A DNA stretch of 53,456 nucleotides from an uncultured Gemmatimonadota bacterium (GCA_964490075.1 CAZBBK010000037.1:1-53456); one strand, 5' to 3'; shown: positions 39,721-50,104, counted from the first letter of the stretch. Numbers and translations: made by a program. Notes: generated by a model not told the origin, from the sequence alone.

Positions 39721-41060
39721 CTAACCCCGGTTGGGTGCCCCGGGTCCGTAGCGTGGCAGCCAGATCAAGGCGCCGGGTTCCCCATAGGCCCCGATGTCGC
39801 TGCGTGGACCGTCGGAATGCCGCGGCGGCCAGAGCGGATGGCGGTCCCAGACCGCGTCTTGCAGATCTGGGTCGCCGGCGTCGATGCAGGGTGAGGCCGC
39901 GCCGAGCAGCGGCCGGTCGCCGCGCAGCAACGGTCCGGCGTCGATGTTGCCGGTGCCGGGGTAGCCGCCTTCGACGGCGGAGTAGAGGACGCGCTCCGGG
40001 CCGTCGGTCTGGATTGGATGAGCGCCGTTCTCCCAGAGACGGGAGTTGATCATCTCCAGGCGGCTGCCCAGTCCCTGGATCGCGTGCTCGGTGCGGTTGT
40101 CGGCGAAGGTGAGATTCTCGAGCATCGCACTCGACCCCAGCGCCAGCGTGCCCGATCCGCCCAGGTAGCCATATGGTGCCTCCATCACACGAGGCATCGA
40201 TGCCGCTCTGAATCCGCCGGTGGTCCGAAGGCACGCGGCGCGCCAGACCGCGGTGTGGCACCGACGGATCGCAGCCGACGCCGAAGGTCCCCATGTTGGC
40301 GCCGTCGTGGCCGCTGCCGACGCATGGCGAGTCGGCCGCCAGCGTCAGCTCCCAGGTCGGGCAGTCGGCGGAGCAGAAGAGCGGATCCTGATCGATGTTG
40401 CCTTCCCCGTCCCAGCCGCCCTCGATATTGCCGTGGCTCGCTTCGGCGTCGATCGGAGGGTCATCCGTCACGATCGGCGATCCGCCGTTGTTGCCCCACG
40501 GCAGGCAGTCACGAATCCGAAGTGTCGCCGGACGGTAGGCCGCTCTGATGGCACCGTCGTGGGAGTTGCGATAGTAAGTGCAGCGCTCGAATCGATGCCT
40601 ACCGCCCCGCACCATGACCGCGCCACAGCGGTTCCGGGCGAACACACAGTCGCGAACGACGCAGTTGCCTTCCTCCAGCCAGAGCGCGTCCTTGGTTCGG
40701 TTGTTCCAGAACACGCAGCCCTCGATATGTGCGCCCCGGCGGATCCTCGCTGACGGTGAGCTCGTCGAGAACGCTGCCGCGCCCTTCGCCCGAACAGAAC
40801 TCGACCGCGGCACCAAACCCCCCGGCGCCGAGAATCACCGTCTCCGCAACACTGCGCGGCCGGATCACCTTGCCGGCGAAGTGAAAGCTCTCGCGATAGG
40901 TCCCCGGCTCCAGCGCCACCTGGTCGCCGTCCTGGGCCCGCGAGATCGCCGCTTGGATGGTCGGATAGTCGCGCGGCACCCAGTGGATGGTGCCGCGTGG
41001 GTCGCGCGGGCGATGAGGGGGAGGGTGGCGGGGAGGAGGAGGAGGGGGAGGGGAGAGGCG
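39721..41060 (-). pseudogene. Fragmented beta-helix paralogue
   Basis: Pieces in different frames: TIHWVPRDYPTIQAAI..PGTY; GNIDQDPLFC..SPC..GCD; SPCIDAGDP...SDIGAYGEPG. Confidence 0.75.
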
Positions 41061-41084
41061 GGCGTGCCGCCTGGTGAACCTCGA

Positions 41085-41393
41085 TCAGTCGTCGAGCTGC
41101 CCGATCGAGACATTCGCGTTCTCGACGATCGCCCGAAACGGCTTGGGGAGCTCGTGCCAGTCGACCAGATCCACCAGAAAGGGCAGGTCCGACATCGAGA
41201 AGGCGTCTCTGAGTCCTTCCAGTGTCGCTGGCGCCAGAGCTGCATCGGCGCGAATCACGAGATCGAGGTCGGAGAAACGCCGCGCGGTCCCGGTGACTCG
41301 GGAGCCGAATGCCCACACCTCCACGCCCGGCACATGTTGCTTCAAGATGGCAACGACCTGCGCGAGATGGGGAGGGTCGAGATCAATCGTCAT
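41085..41393 (-). CDS. Minimal nucleotidyltransferase (MNT) antitoxin
   Basis: FGSRVTG...SDLDL, VDLVD; ~102 aa. Confidence 0.9.
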   Translation of the reverse strand: MTIDLDPPHLAQVVAILKQHVPGVEVWAFGSRVTGTARRFSDLDLVIRADAALAPATLEGLRDAFSMSDLPFLVDLVDWHELPKPFRAIVENANVSIGQLDD

Positions 41394-41793
41394 TGGCCTG
41401 CTCGAGCGCAACGAGAAGTCGGCGCGCGTCGGCGGCGAAACGGAGAGCCGTCTCGTAGACCTCTTGGGCCTTGGTGTCGTCGTAGACGTGCGAGGTGATG
41501 TTGCGGGCCTTCGCGTAGTCGAACCACGGCAGCGGATCGTCGACGAGTCGCGCTCGGGCCGCCAATCGAAACAGGTCCTTGCGGGTGCGCGGATCGCTGT
41601 CTTCCGGAGAAACGTTGGCGCGGATCCAGCGCCGGATCATCTTCCACGAAAGCTCGTAGGTGAGCTCGAAGTTCTGGATTACGCCTGCTCGCAGAACGCG
41701 CTGCACGGCCTCGTCGGCCTGGGTGTTCACGCTGATCGAGATCGCGGAGTCGAAAGAGTCGAGTGCCGCTTCGAGGCTGCTGAGATCGAGCAT
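41383..41793 (-). CDS. HEPN-domain (HI0074-like) toxin
   Basis: GVIQNFELTYELSWK, RNITSHVY (RX4HXY); overlaps the MNT gene. Confidence 0.88.
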   Translation of the reverse strand: MLDLSSLEAALDSFDSAISISVNTQADEAVQRVLRAGVIQNFELTYELSWKMIRRWIRANVSPEDSDPRTRKDLFRLAARARLVDDPLPWFDYAKARNITSHVYDDTKAQEVYETALRFAADARRLLVALEQANDD

Positions 41794-42105
41794 GGGCGTT
41801 TCCGTGTTCGAGTTCCGCGGTCAAGCCTAGCGCCGGGAGGACCACGCGGGAAGTGGCGGGGTTCGGCGTGGGGTGGTCGTTCCCGCGTCACCTCGCTGGT
41901 GGGCGGGGGACTTGGGCGCACCGGTGCCGCCGGGAGGGAGAGCGGGGGGAGGGCCGCGCCAAGGGGAGCGGGGTGGTGAGGGGGGCCGCATCGCACTGCT
42001 CCGGTCTGGGGGCCCGGAGACGAGCGATACACGGGCAGGAGAAGGGAATGGGTGGGCGCTTGGAGCCTGGAAACGAGAGTATTTCGGCGGGTGCGCAGGG
42101 GTGGG

Positions 42106-42155
42106 TTGACGTGGTTGTAGGAGTGTGGTGGACTCAGGTGTGCGACACCGTCGCA
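42106..42155 (+). promoter_or_regulatory. Putative cas promoter with palindromic operator
   Basis: TTGACG, 17 nt, TGGACT; then TGCGAC-ACC-GTCGCA at 42141-42155. Confidence 0.4.
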
Positions 42156-42302
42156 TCCCCCGCCGCGGGATGGTCGCGGGGATCGCAGCATCGCGGCGAA
42201 CGAGAATCGGCGGCAGTGAGGAGCCATGATGAGCGAGTGTCTTTGCAGCGCGAGATCTCTGCCCGAATGCGTTGCCGAAGTCCATGGGCACTCGGATTGG
42301 CT

Positions 42303-45020
42303 ATGGCTCGGCCGATGAATTTCGACGCCTACTTCCGAGTCGCGACCGGGTTCGGCCCGCTGCCCTGGCAGCGTGATCTGGCGGAGAACGGCCTACCCGA
42401 GGTCTTGTCGGTTCCGACGGGACTCGGCAAGACGGAGGGCGCGGTCCTCGGCTGGAGCTGGCGCAGAACGAGGGAGATCGCGGGCTCGGAGCCCCGCCAT
42501 CTGATCTACTGCCTTCCCATGCGGGTCCTGGTCCGTCAGACAGTGGAGCGTCTCAGGACCTGCTTCCATCGTCTTGCGCAGGCTGGCGGGCGAGAGGTGC
42601 GGGTCTTCCAGCTCACGGGTGACGATCGCGACGCGGACTGGGAACGAATTCCAGACCGAGAGTGGGTGTTGGTGGGCACCCAGGATCAGCTTCTCAGTCG
42701 CGCATTGAACCGGGGCTACTGTTCTTCACCCTATGCCTGGCCCGTCCATTTCGGGATCCTGAACAACGATTGCCAGTGGATCCTGGATGAGATTCAGCTC
42801 ATGGGCCCGGGGCTGTGGACCTCCGCACAGCTCGACTGGATGCGCACGCGCCGATTCGGCACGATCGGGCCAGCGAGGACGACATGGATGAGTGCCACCC
42901 TGGAAGCGTCGTTTCTCGACACCCGGGACCGCCGGGACGATGACCTCCACGAAGCCGCGCCTTTTGCCATGACCTGGGATCTCCCGCCCGACCTCGACGA
43001 AGACGTTGGGCGGCACCTCGAGCGGCTGCGGGATGCAAGGCGCTCGGTCGAGCTGCTCAGCCCGCCGAAGAAGAGCGCGCGTGCGAAGTGGTTGGCGGGC
43101 AAGGTGATGGAGGAGCATGCGCCCGGCACCCTGTCCTTAGTGATCTGCAACACGGTGGTCTTCGCCCAAGAGGTGCTCACGTCGCTCGCGACCGACGTTC
43201 CCACGATCCTGTTGACCTCGAGGTTTCGGGGCGCCGACCGGTCCGACGCCGAGTCCCGGCTGGAGCAGTTCGAAGATCTGAGGAGGGCCGCGAAAGGCGC
43301 CCGCGTCGATGGAGATCCAGGACTGATCTGCGTGAGCACCCAGGTGGTCGAAGCGGGGGTGGACGTCTCCGCTCACCTCCTCTGGTCGGAGGCGGCTCCG
43401 TGGCCGTCGGTCGTGCAGCGGCTCGGCCGGATGAATCGGGACGGTCGCGACAACGACGCGCGGGCCTGCTTCCTGTGCCCTGAGCGCCCCCGGAAGGGCT
43501 CAGATCGGATTGGTCCCTATCCAGCCGACGAGGTTGGGCGTGGGAACGAGCTCGTCGCCGAGCTGTCTCGCTTGTCGAAGACATCGACGTACCGCGAGGC
43601 CGTGGAGATCCTCGTGAGTGGAGAACGCGCTCAGGCCATCAAGGAAGCCCTTGCGCCGAGGCCGATGCCGCTCCCGCGAGCTGCGGACGTACACGGGCTC
43701 TTCTCGACCGAGCCCGACGTCTTCGGCGGCTTCACCGATGTCAGCGAGTTCGTCCGCTCACCTGACCCGGACGCTGATGTCGTGGTGTTCTGGCGCGCGT
43801 GGGGTGGTGAACGGCCCGGCGCCACCGAGCTCGACGGCCCCCCCCTCGACGCCAGAGCGGAAGGCTGCTCCGTTGCGGCGTACCGTCTTGAAGCGCTTCT
43901 TGGCGACAAGGGCCGCGCGTGGAGGTGGGAGAGCGATCGCCGAGGAGCCGGCGCATGGATCCCCGTCCGCGGATCCGAGCTACGGCCCGGCATGGCGCTG
44001 ATGCTGGAGGCCCGCCAGGGCGGATACGACCTGCGCCTTGGTTGGACGGGGAACCACGGCGACGTCGTCTCCGATGTGCCGCCACCGGGACACGGCCGGG
44101 CCTGGAACGATGAGGCGGACAGCGAGGCCGGGCACTGGACGACCCTGGCGTCGCACCTCGGAGACGCTGAGAAGCAAGCCGCGCTCCTGGTCGCGGAGCT
44201 GGAGCTGGAGGAGGATCTCGCACGGGCCGTGGTCGATGCCGCCCGATTCCACGACATTGGCAAGGCTCACCCCTCATGGCAAGCGGCTCTGCCTGGCGGG
44301 GCAGGCGCCGGGGTTCTGGCCAAGTGCCCGCCCGTCCTTGCGGTCACGGTCCAAGGTGCGCGTCGCGAAGCGGTCCGTGCCCTGGTCGAAGGGTTGCTTG
44401 GCAACCCGGCCGAGTCTCTGGAGTCAGGCAGCGAAGAACGTGGCGAGACGCTTCGTTGGGCGCTGCGCCGCAGGCTGAAGCGAAGCCAGATGCAGGAGCT
44501 GCGGGGTCTCGCCGGAGTCATCCACGCGCGCCATTGCGCGTTTCGCCCGGGTCTGCGGCATGAAGTCGCCTCCGCGCTCGCGATGTGGGCGGCGCGCAGA
44601 GAGCAGAGTCTGCCGGGACTGGCCGTGTACCTCGCCGCGAGCCATCACGGAAAGGTCAGGACGGTCCTGCGATCCCGAACGGGCGACGACGTCTGCGGCG
44701 TACCCCCAGAGCCCAGCAAGATCGAGCACGATGCGGTCTGGAGGTTGGCGTTCGAGATCGCGGCGGACGGCTGCGCCGGTGAGTGGACCGAGCACGGGTT
44801 TCGAATGACGGCGCCGGGATGGACAGGGCTCGTGGCAGAGTTGCTGGGCTCGCCGCGTCCGGATGAGCCGGAGCACTCCGGTGCCCTCGACGGGAACGAG
44901 CCCCGCTGCCTCGGCCCCTTTTCCCTCGCATACCTGGAAGCGCTGGTGCGCGTGGTCGACTGGAGAGCGAGTGGGGCGCCGACCGCCGCACGTTCCCCGG
45001 GGAGCGACGATGTCGTCTGA
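42303..45020 (+). CDS. cas3: Type I-G (I-U) Cas3 helicase with C-terminal HD nuclease
   Basis: PTGLGKT, GTQDQLLSRALNRGY, LDEIQ, MSAT, STQVVEAGVD, QRLGR, FHDIGKAH, RHEVAS, SHHG. Confidence 0.95.
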   Translation: MARPMNFDAYFRVATGFGPLPWQRDLAENGLPEVLSVPTGLGKTEGAVLGWSWRRTREIAGSEPRHLIYCLPMRVLVRQTVERLRTCFHRLAQAGGREVRVFQLTGDDRDADWERIPDREWVLVGTQDQLLSRALNRGYCSSPYAWPVHFGILNNDCQWILDEIQLMGPGLWTSAQLDWMRTRRFGTIGPARTTWMSATLEASFLDTRDRRDDDLHEAAPFAMTWDLPPDLDEDVGRHLERLRDARRSVELLSPPKKSARAKWLAGKVMEEHAPGTLSLVICNTVVFAQEVLTSLATDVPTILLTSRFRGADRSDAESRLEQFEDLRRAAKGARVDGDPGLICVSTQVVEAGVDVSAHLLWSEAAPWPSVVQRLGRMNRDGRDNDARACFLCPERPRKGSDRIGPYPADEVGRGNELVAELSRLSKTSTYREAVEILVSGERAQAIKEALAPRPMPLPRAADVHGLFSTEPDVFGGFTDVSEFVRSPDPDADVVVFWRAWGGERPGATELDGPPLDARAEGCSVAAYRLEALLGDKGRAWRWESDRRGAGAWIPVRGSELRPGMALMLEARQGGYDLRLGWTGNHGDVVSDVPPPGHGRAWNDEADSEAGHWTTLASHLGDAEKQAALLVAELELEEDLARAVVDAARFHDIGKAHPSWQAALPGGAGAGVLAKCPPVLAVTVQGARREAVRALVEGLLGNPAESLESGSEERGETLRWALRRRLKRSQMQELRGLAGVIHARHCAFRPGLRHEVASALAMWAARREQSLPGLAVYLAASHHGKVRTVLRSRTGDDVCGVPPEPSKIEHDAVWRLAFEIAADGCAGEWTEHGFRMTAPGWTGLVAELLGSPRPDEPEHSGALDGNEPRCLGPFSLAYLEALVRVVDWRASGAPTAARSPGSDDVV

Positions 45021-47089
45021 GAGCCAGATCCTGCCGGCTTTTCCTCTGGCCGGTGTGCGTGCCGTTTCCCTCGGGCGCTACTTGGCTGCCCTCGGCGTGA
45101 TGCGGATTGCAGCGCGCCGGTGGCCGGGGGTGCGAGGCGCGTGGCGCGAGGGCTGCCTGTGGGTCGTCGGCGGGCCCGCCGGCTTCGACGAGCTGGCGAA
45201 TTACGTCATGAAGGTGGAGTGGTCGCCCTACGACCGGAGCTGGTTGGAGGCGCAGAAGGACGCGGAGAAGAAACCGCCGAAGGGGGTACCGTCCCCCTAT
45301 GCATTGTGGCTGGCGAAGCAGGACGAGGACACCGCGGCACTGGCGCTCGCCCATCTGGTGATGGGGTCCACGAGGTACTTCAACCCCCTGCTCGGAAGCG
45401 GCGGGAACTCCGGGCGGCGCGATTTCTCGAAGGGCTGGAAGGAGGCGGCCGAAGCGATCCGGAAGCCTCCGAAAGGGCTGGAACGAAGACGATGTGAGGC
45501 GGGAGTTGAGCGGCTTCCTCGACGGAGCGGGTGGACCGCTTCGACGAACAGGCTCGTGGAACTCGGCGTCTTGGTTCAGCGAAGCGTACGCATCAAATAG
45601 CGGCCAGGGTGTCGATCGGGGAGAACAGGTACCGCCGTGGGCGATGTTGCTCGCCTGCGAGGCTCTTCCATTCTTCACGGGCGCGCCCTCGCGCAGGCTC
45701 GGTGCAGCCACCCGTCGCCTGGGAGCGTTCCCGTTCATCATGGCCTCGGCCGCCCCCAAGACCGCCGGTGAGGCGGGCCGCGACCAGGCCGAGGTCTGGA
45801 CGCCCCTCTGGTCCCGTCCCATGACGGTGCCCGAGGTCGACGCTCTGTTCCGGCGCGGACGTGCCGAGCTCGGTGGCCGGGGTGCGGCCACGCCGGCCGC
45901 CATGGCCGCGGCGGTCGTCTCGCGTGGTGTGGATGCCGGCGTGGCTTCTTTCGCTCGCCACGCGCTTGGTGGCACAACGAGCGGAAATACCTTCGAGCCC
46001 CGCTACATGGGAGAGATCGAGCTGATCACCTCGGGCACGGAGCGCGCCGCGGCGCTCTCGACGCCGCTATCGCGAATCGTCAGCCTCTGCGAGCGTTTGC
46101 CTCGTGACCTGCGCAAGGGGAAGCGATGGGTTTTTCGCGGGTTGCGCGGACCCATCGAGGACGCCATGGTTCGATATGCGGCGAGTCCGACAGCCCACGA
46201 AGCGGCGGCGAGGCTGCTGGACACGGTGGCCGCCGCCATGGATCGTGTCGAGGCCAACCGCTCCTTTCGAGAGGCCGCGGTCGAGCTCGAACTGCTCTCG
46301 CCGGAGTGGCTGGACGTATGGCTCGGTCGCGACGAGCCGGCAGCAGAGGTCAGATTGGCGATGGGCGTGGCGTCGCTCCTCGATGAGCCCTTCATCGTGC
46401 ATCGGTGGGGCGTGCGTCGGGTGCCGGGACCCGTCCCACGATACCGATTCACCAAGGAGCGGCAGGCTCGCTGTGTGTGGACGGTTGGCCCGCTGACGGC
46501 GAACCTGGTTCGGGTCCTCCAGCGACGCTTCGTCGACGCGGGCGAAGCCGTCGCGGGTCCCGAGAGCCTGCCGACGCGCGCGACTGTACCGGTGCGTCGA
46601 GGCGACCTGAGCTCGTGGCTCGCTGGAGAGCTCGATGAGCGCGAGCTCGCGAGGTGGATCGACCGCTTCGCCCTTTTCGACTGGTCTTCGTCGCCGGTAA
46701 CTCCTCGCGTGGCCTACGTCAGCGCCGCGAGTGCACCGCACGTCGATGGCCTGCTGGCTCTTTGGGGGCTGTTCCGTCCACTGCTCGATCGTTGCCGCCT
46801 CTCCCTCCTCGGAAAGCCCCTGTTCGAGAAACACGTCGATCCGCGCACCGTGGCGGCCGGCCGCAGCGTGCTGGCGCGGCTGACAATGCGCGACGTCGAG
46901 GGTGCAGTCGATCTCGCCGCCAGCCGCTACCGAATGGCAGGGCACCCGATCGGCGGCCTCGGCGCAACGTTCGCTGTCGATGATCCGCTCCGGCTCGCAT
47001 CGACGTTGTTGTTTCACCCCTATGGCGACGAGTTGCTCGAGGTGACTCTCCGCTGGCTTCGCCCAAGGCGCATTGAAGGAGGTTCGTGA
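45010..47089 (+). pseudogene. csx17: Type I-G large subunit Csx17/Cas8g, split by a 1-nt frameshift near 45472-45477
   Basis: LGRYLAALGV, FNPLLGSGGNSGR in frame 1; PWAMLLACEAL, AFPF, EVWTPLW, RRGRA in frame 2; located between cas3 and csb1. Confidence 0.85.
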
Positions 47090-47090
47090 C

Positions 47091-48182
47091 ATGCCCCCTC
47101 TCGATCCCAAGCAATTGGTCTCAGTCGATGGTCCGCTCCGCCTGGTGATCAGTGCCACGTTGAGGCCGGTTGCCGGTCTCGACCGTTTCCAGCCCGCCGG
47201 CTTTCCCGAGGTGGGCCATGTGATCTACCGGGCACCGCGCGGCGACGAGACCTACGAGTCGGTTTGTATTGTGGACAGCCCCGCGAGCATGGCGAACCAT
47301 CTGGAGAGCGTGTGCCTCCGCGGCCCGCACGATCCCGAATTGGTACCGGAACTGGCTGGCATGCCCTATGTTCGCTGCGTGACGGACGCGGGCTGGCCCC
47401 AGGTCGACCCGGGCAAGCCGAAGGAGGTCGTGGTCACCAGCCTGACGGAGGGCCACCGGATCGCCTCTACCTACTTCCTTGGCGGCAAGCGTCTCGATGG
47501 CGATTCCGCGGTGGACACCAAGTTCGAGGAGGAGCTGCGCCAAGCCTGCGGCGTTCTGCCTCTGGGAAAGAAGAAGGCGCACCCGCAGCCCGACGCCTGG
47601 TGGACGGTCTTCTCGACCCTGTGCCGTCACGATCCCAACGCCCTGGTCCACGGAGTGCTGTTCCCTCAGTGGCAGGTGAAGATCCCACGCGCCCTGAGCG
47701 CTCACCTGGAAGCTCTGGGGGTCGCGCGGGTGGACCGCGCAGGGGTGAAGTTCGATCGACTCGGGAAGACGACCTCCGGACAGCCGATCTTCGCCGTGGA
47801 CGAGGAGGTGGCGAGGGAGATCAAGGCGACCTTCGTGCTTGATGTTGCGCTGGTGCGGTCCTTCGGCCGCGATGGTCTCGGAATCAGTTCTGGGCAGAAG
47901 GCGTTTGTCGTGGGACTGGCTCTCTGGAAGATCGGTCGGCTGCTCGGAGGGCCTTTCCGATACCGAAGCGGTTGCGACCTGGCTTGCAGCGCCGTCGAGA
48001 TCGACGGGGCGGAAGCGACCTTGGATGACCTCCTCGTCGACATCGCGCCGCTCATCAAAGCCGCCGAGTTCACTGAGCCGAGCATCACGGACGTCTACTG
48101 GCCGGCCGACGAGCTGTACCGGGAGGGAGCGGATGCGGCTGCGCGCGAGGTAGATGACGACGCCGCGGAACAAGGCGGGTAG
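47091..48182 (+). CDS. csb1: Type I-G Cas7 (Csb1)
   Basis: RFQPAGFPEVG, VDSPASMANHLE, EGHRIAS, DPNALVHGV, YRSGCDL; AAGGAGG RBS. Confidence 0.92.
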   Translation: MPPLDPKQLVSVDGPLRLVISATLRPVAGLDRFQPAGFPEVGHVIYRAPRGDETYESVCIVDSPASMANHLESVCLRGPHDPELVPELAGMPYVRCVTDAGWPQVDPGKPKEVVVTSLTEGHRIASTYFLGGKRLDGDSAVDTKFEEELRQACGVLPLGKKKAHPQPDAWWTVFSTLCRHDPNALVHGVLFPQWQVKIPRALSAHLEALGVARVDRAGVKFDRLGKTTSGQPIFAVDEEVAREIKATFVLDVALVRSFGRDGLGISSGQKAFVVGLALWKIGRLLGGPFRYRSGCDLACSAVEIDGAEATLDDLLVDIAPLIKAAEFTEPSITDVYWPADELYREGADAAAREVDDDAAEQGG

Positions 48183-48187
48183 CAACG

Positions 48188-49753
48188 ATGCGACTGGTTC
48201 TGGAGCAGCGCTTCCCGCTCGGGCGCTTTCACGCCACACCGTGGCGCGCCAACCCCTTCGACGATCGCGGGGAGTGGCCACCGAGCCCGTGGCGTCTGGC
48301 CCGGACGGTCATCGCCAGGTGGCATCAGTGGAACCGCGAGAGCGGCGCGGGCGACCAAGCGGAGCTCGCTCGCCTCGTCCGCGCCCTGGTGTCCAGCACG
48401 TTCTCCTACTACCTGCCGCCAGCGGCGCGGCCGGGTGCGGTACTCCGGCAGTACCAGCCAACCGGCTTCGGATGGCAACCGGCGAACCGGACCAGGCCGG
48501 TCAAAGGAAAGAAGGTCCTGGTTCCGGGAATGAGGGCGCACGGCAGGTCGTTGGTCCAGGACAACTGCTGGGCCGTGCCCAGCGACGATTCAGTCCTTTG
48601 GCTCATCGAGGGCGAGGACTGGACGTCCGATCTCGCCGAGCTGCTCGATCGCTGCATCGAGCGCGTGACCTGGTTCGGTCGAGCCGACTCGTTTTCGACC
48701 CTGCGACGGATCTCGCACGTTGGCGCGAGGACGCCGAACTGTGAGCTCGAGAACCAGGGCGCCACCGACACCGTCCCGGTTCTGTGTCCGTCGCCTGCGG
48801 CGACCGTAGAGGATCTCGAACGAGTGACGGACGATCCGATGGTCGTGGGCAGCAGCGTGCCGCCGGGGGCGACCCGGCGCTTCGCCAGAGTCCCGCCGCC
48901 CGTGCAGCTGCGGGCCCGCTTCGGGCGCCGAGGCTCGCCGACCCGAGTCGTGGCCGTGCAGTTTGCCATCAACTGCGCAGTGACGCCCGAACCCCGCGCT
49001 TTCTGCCGGCTGACCGTGCGGCTTCGCGATCGCGCCGTCGGGCTCCTGGTCGAGAGCTTGGAGGGTCGCAGATTGCCCTGGTCGCGCGCGAAAAGAGCTA
49101 CGCGCGAACGCCTGATACCCTTCATCGGCAAGGATGCTGATGGGAATCCGATCAAGGGACGCCGCCACGCCCGGTTCACGGTCTGCATGGAGGATGGAGT
49201 GCCAGCGCGACTTGTTGTATCGCGGTCACCCGACCCTCACGTCAAGGGGGACGTGGCCGGATTCGACGAGCTGGAAGTCGCGGCGCTGCTTGGTGCGGCG
49301 ACGCAGCCTCTGACGTGGGCGAGCGCTGGCTCAAAGGAACCCGCGTGGTCGGTCTCCCTGATCCCCATGCCCCTCGAGACGCCACTGCCCGATGCGCTCG
49401 ACGGTTGCGCCCATCAGATGTGGCGGACGATCACGCCCTTCGTGCCGAGCCGCCACCGAATTCGCAGAGGGAGAGAGCGCCGCGACGAAGACGTGGCGAG
49501 TCAAGTGCGCCGAGAACTAGAGGTGCGGGGGTGGCCGGTCGAAGGTCTTTCGGTCGAGGAGGCGGGGCCACCGCGATGGACTGCGGTCCATCACCCACCC
49601 TCCGGGCGGAAGCGGCGAGCGTTCATCGGCGATCGCATGGGCTTCGATCTCGTCCTGCGCTTTACCGCTCCCGTGCGAGGCCCCATCGCCATCGGGCGCT
49701 CGTCCATGCTCGGGCTGGGTCTGTTCGGTCCGGCCGGAATCGGAGATTCGTAA
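48188..49753 (+). CDS. csb2: Type I-G Cas5-Cas6 fusion (Csb2)
   Basis: GRFHATPW, EWPPSPWRL, FGRADS, W.TITPF, GPIAIGRSSMLGLGLF G-loop. Confidence 0.93.
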   Translation: MRLVLEQRFPLGRFHATPWRANPFDDRGEWPPSPWRLARTVIARWHQWNRESGAGDQAELARLVRALVSSTFSYYLPPAARPGAVLRQYQPTGFGWQPANRTRPVKGKKVLVPGMRAHGRSLVQDNCWAVPSDDSVLWLIEGEDWTSDLAELLDRCIERVTWFGRADSFSTLRRISHVGARTPNCELENQGATDTVPVLCPSPAATVEDLERVTDDPMVVGSSVPPGATRRFARVPPPVQLRARFGRRGSPTRVVAVQFAINCAVTPEPRAFCRLTVRLRDRAVGLLVESLEGRRLPWSRAKRATRERLIPFIGKDADGNPIKGRRHARFTVCMEDGVPARLVVSRSPDPHVKGDVAGFDELEVAALLGAATQPLTWASAGSKEPAWSVSLIPMPLETPLPDALDGCAHQMWRTITPFVPSRHRIRRGRERRDEDVASQVRRELEVRGWPVEGLSVEEAGPPRWTAVHHPPSGRKRRAFIGDRMGFDLVLRFTAPVRGPIAIGRSSMLGLGLFGPAGIGDS

Positions 49754-49764
49754 TCCAGTCTCAC

Positions 49765-50025
49765 GTGCTGAAGGCAGCCATCTCCTCCAACACCCGGGCC
49801 AAGCTGGACCGCTTCACCGAGGCCCATGGACTGAAGGAGAGTTACGTCGTCGAGCAGGCGCTGCTCCTCTTCATGGAGGCGCGGAGGGAGATGCCGGACG
49901 AGGCGCTGCTGCCGGTGCGCATTGATCTCGACGAGACGGGTTTCGATGAGGTGGTGTCGATGCTGGAGGCTGTGCCGGCGGTTCGCGACTCACTGAAGGG
50001 ACTGATGCGTAGCGGCGGGGGTTGA
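49765..50025 (+). CDS. Small RHH-type antitoxin-like protein (GNAT-toxin partner type)
   Basis: AAISSNTRAKLDRF...VVEQAL...EMPDEALLP...LKGLM resembles RHH antitoxins recalled upstream of GNAT toxins; start uncertain. Confidence 0.55.
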   Translation: MLKAAISSNTRAKLDRFTEAHGLKESYVVEQALLLFMEARREMPDEALLPVRIDLDETGFDEVVSMLEAVPAVRDSLKGLMRSGGG

Positions 50026-50104
50026 GATTCGTCGGCTTCGCAGAGCGAACGAGCGAAACGACATTGCCTTGAAAATCAAAAGCGCGAGCTTTAGATTTCA
50101 AGTC

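Noticed and set aside
41922..41952. Partial similarity of spacer 52750-52783 (reverse complement) to the region upstream of cas3 (TGCCGCC...GAGGGAGAGCG)
   Set aside because: Needs a 3-nt gap, is purine-rich low complexity, has seed mismatches and no TTN-type PAM; likely chance, though worth a formal check.
41920..41990. G-rich tract with G-quadruplex potential
   Set aside because: Expected in high-GC intergenic DNA; no supporting evidence.
41853..42302. Apparent N-terminal extension of Cas3
   Set aside because: Low-complexity G-rich translation; Cas3-like sequence starts at MARPMNFDAYF.
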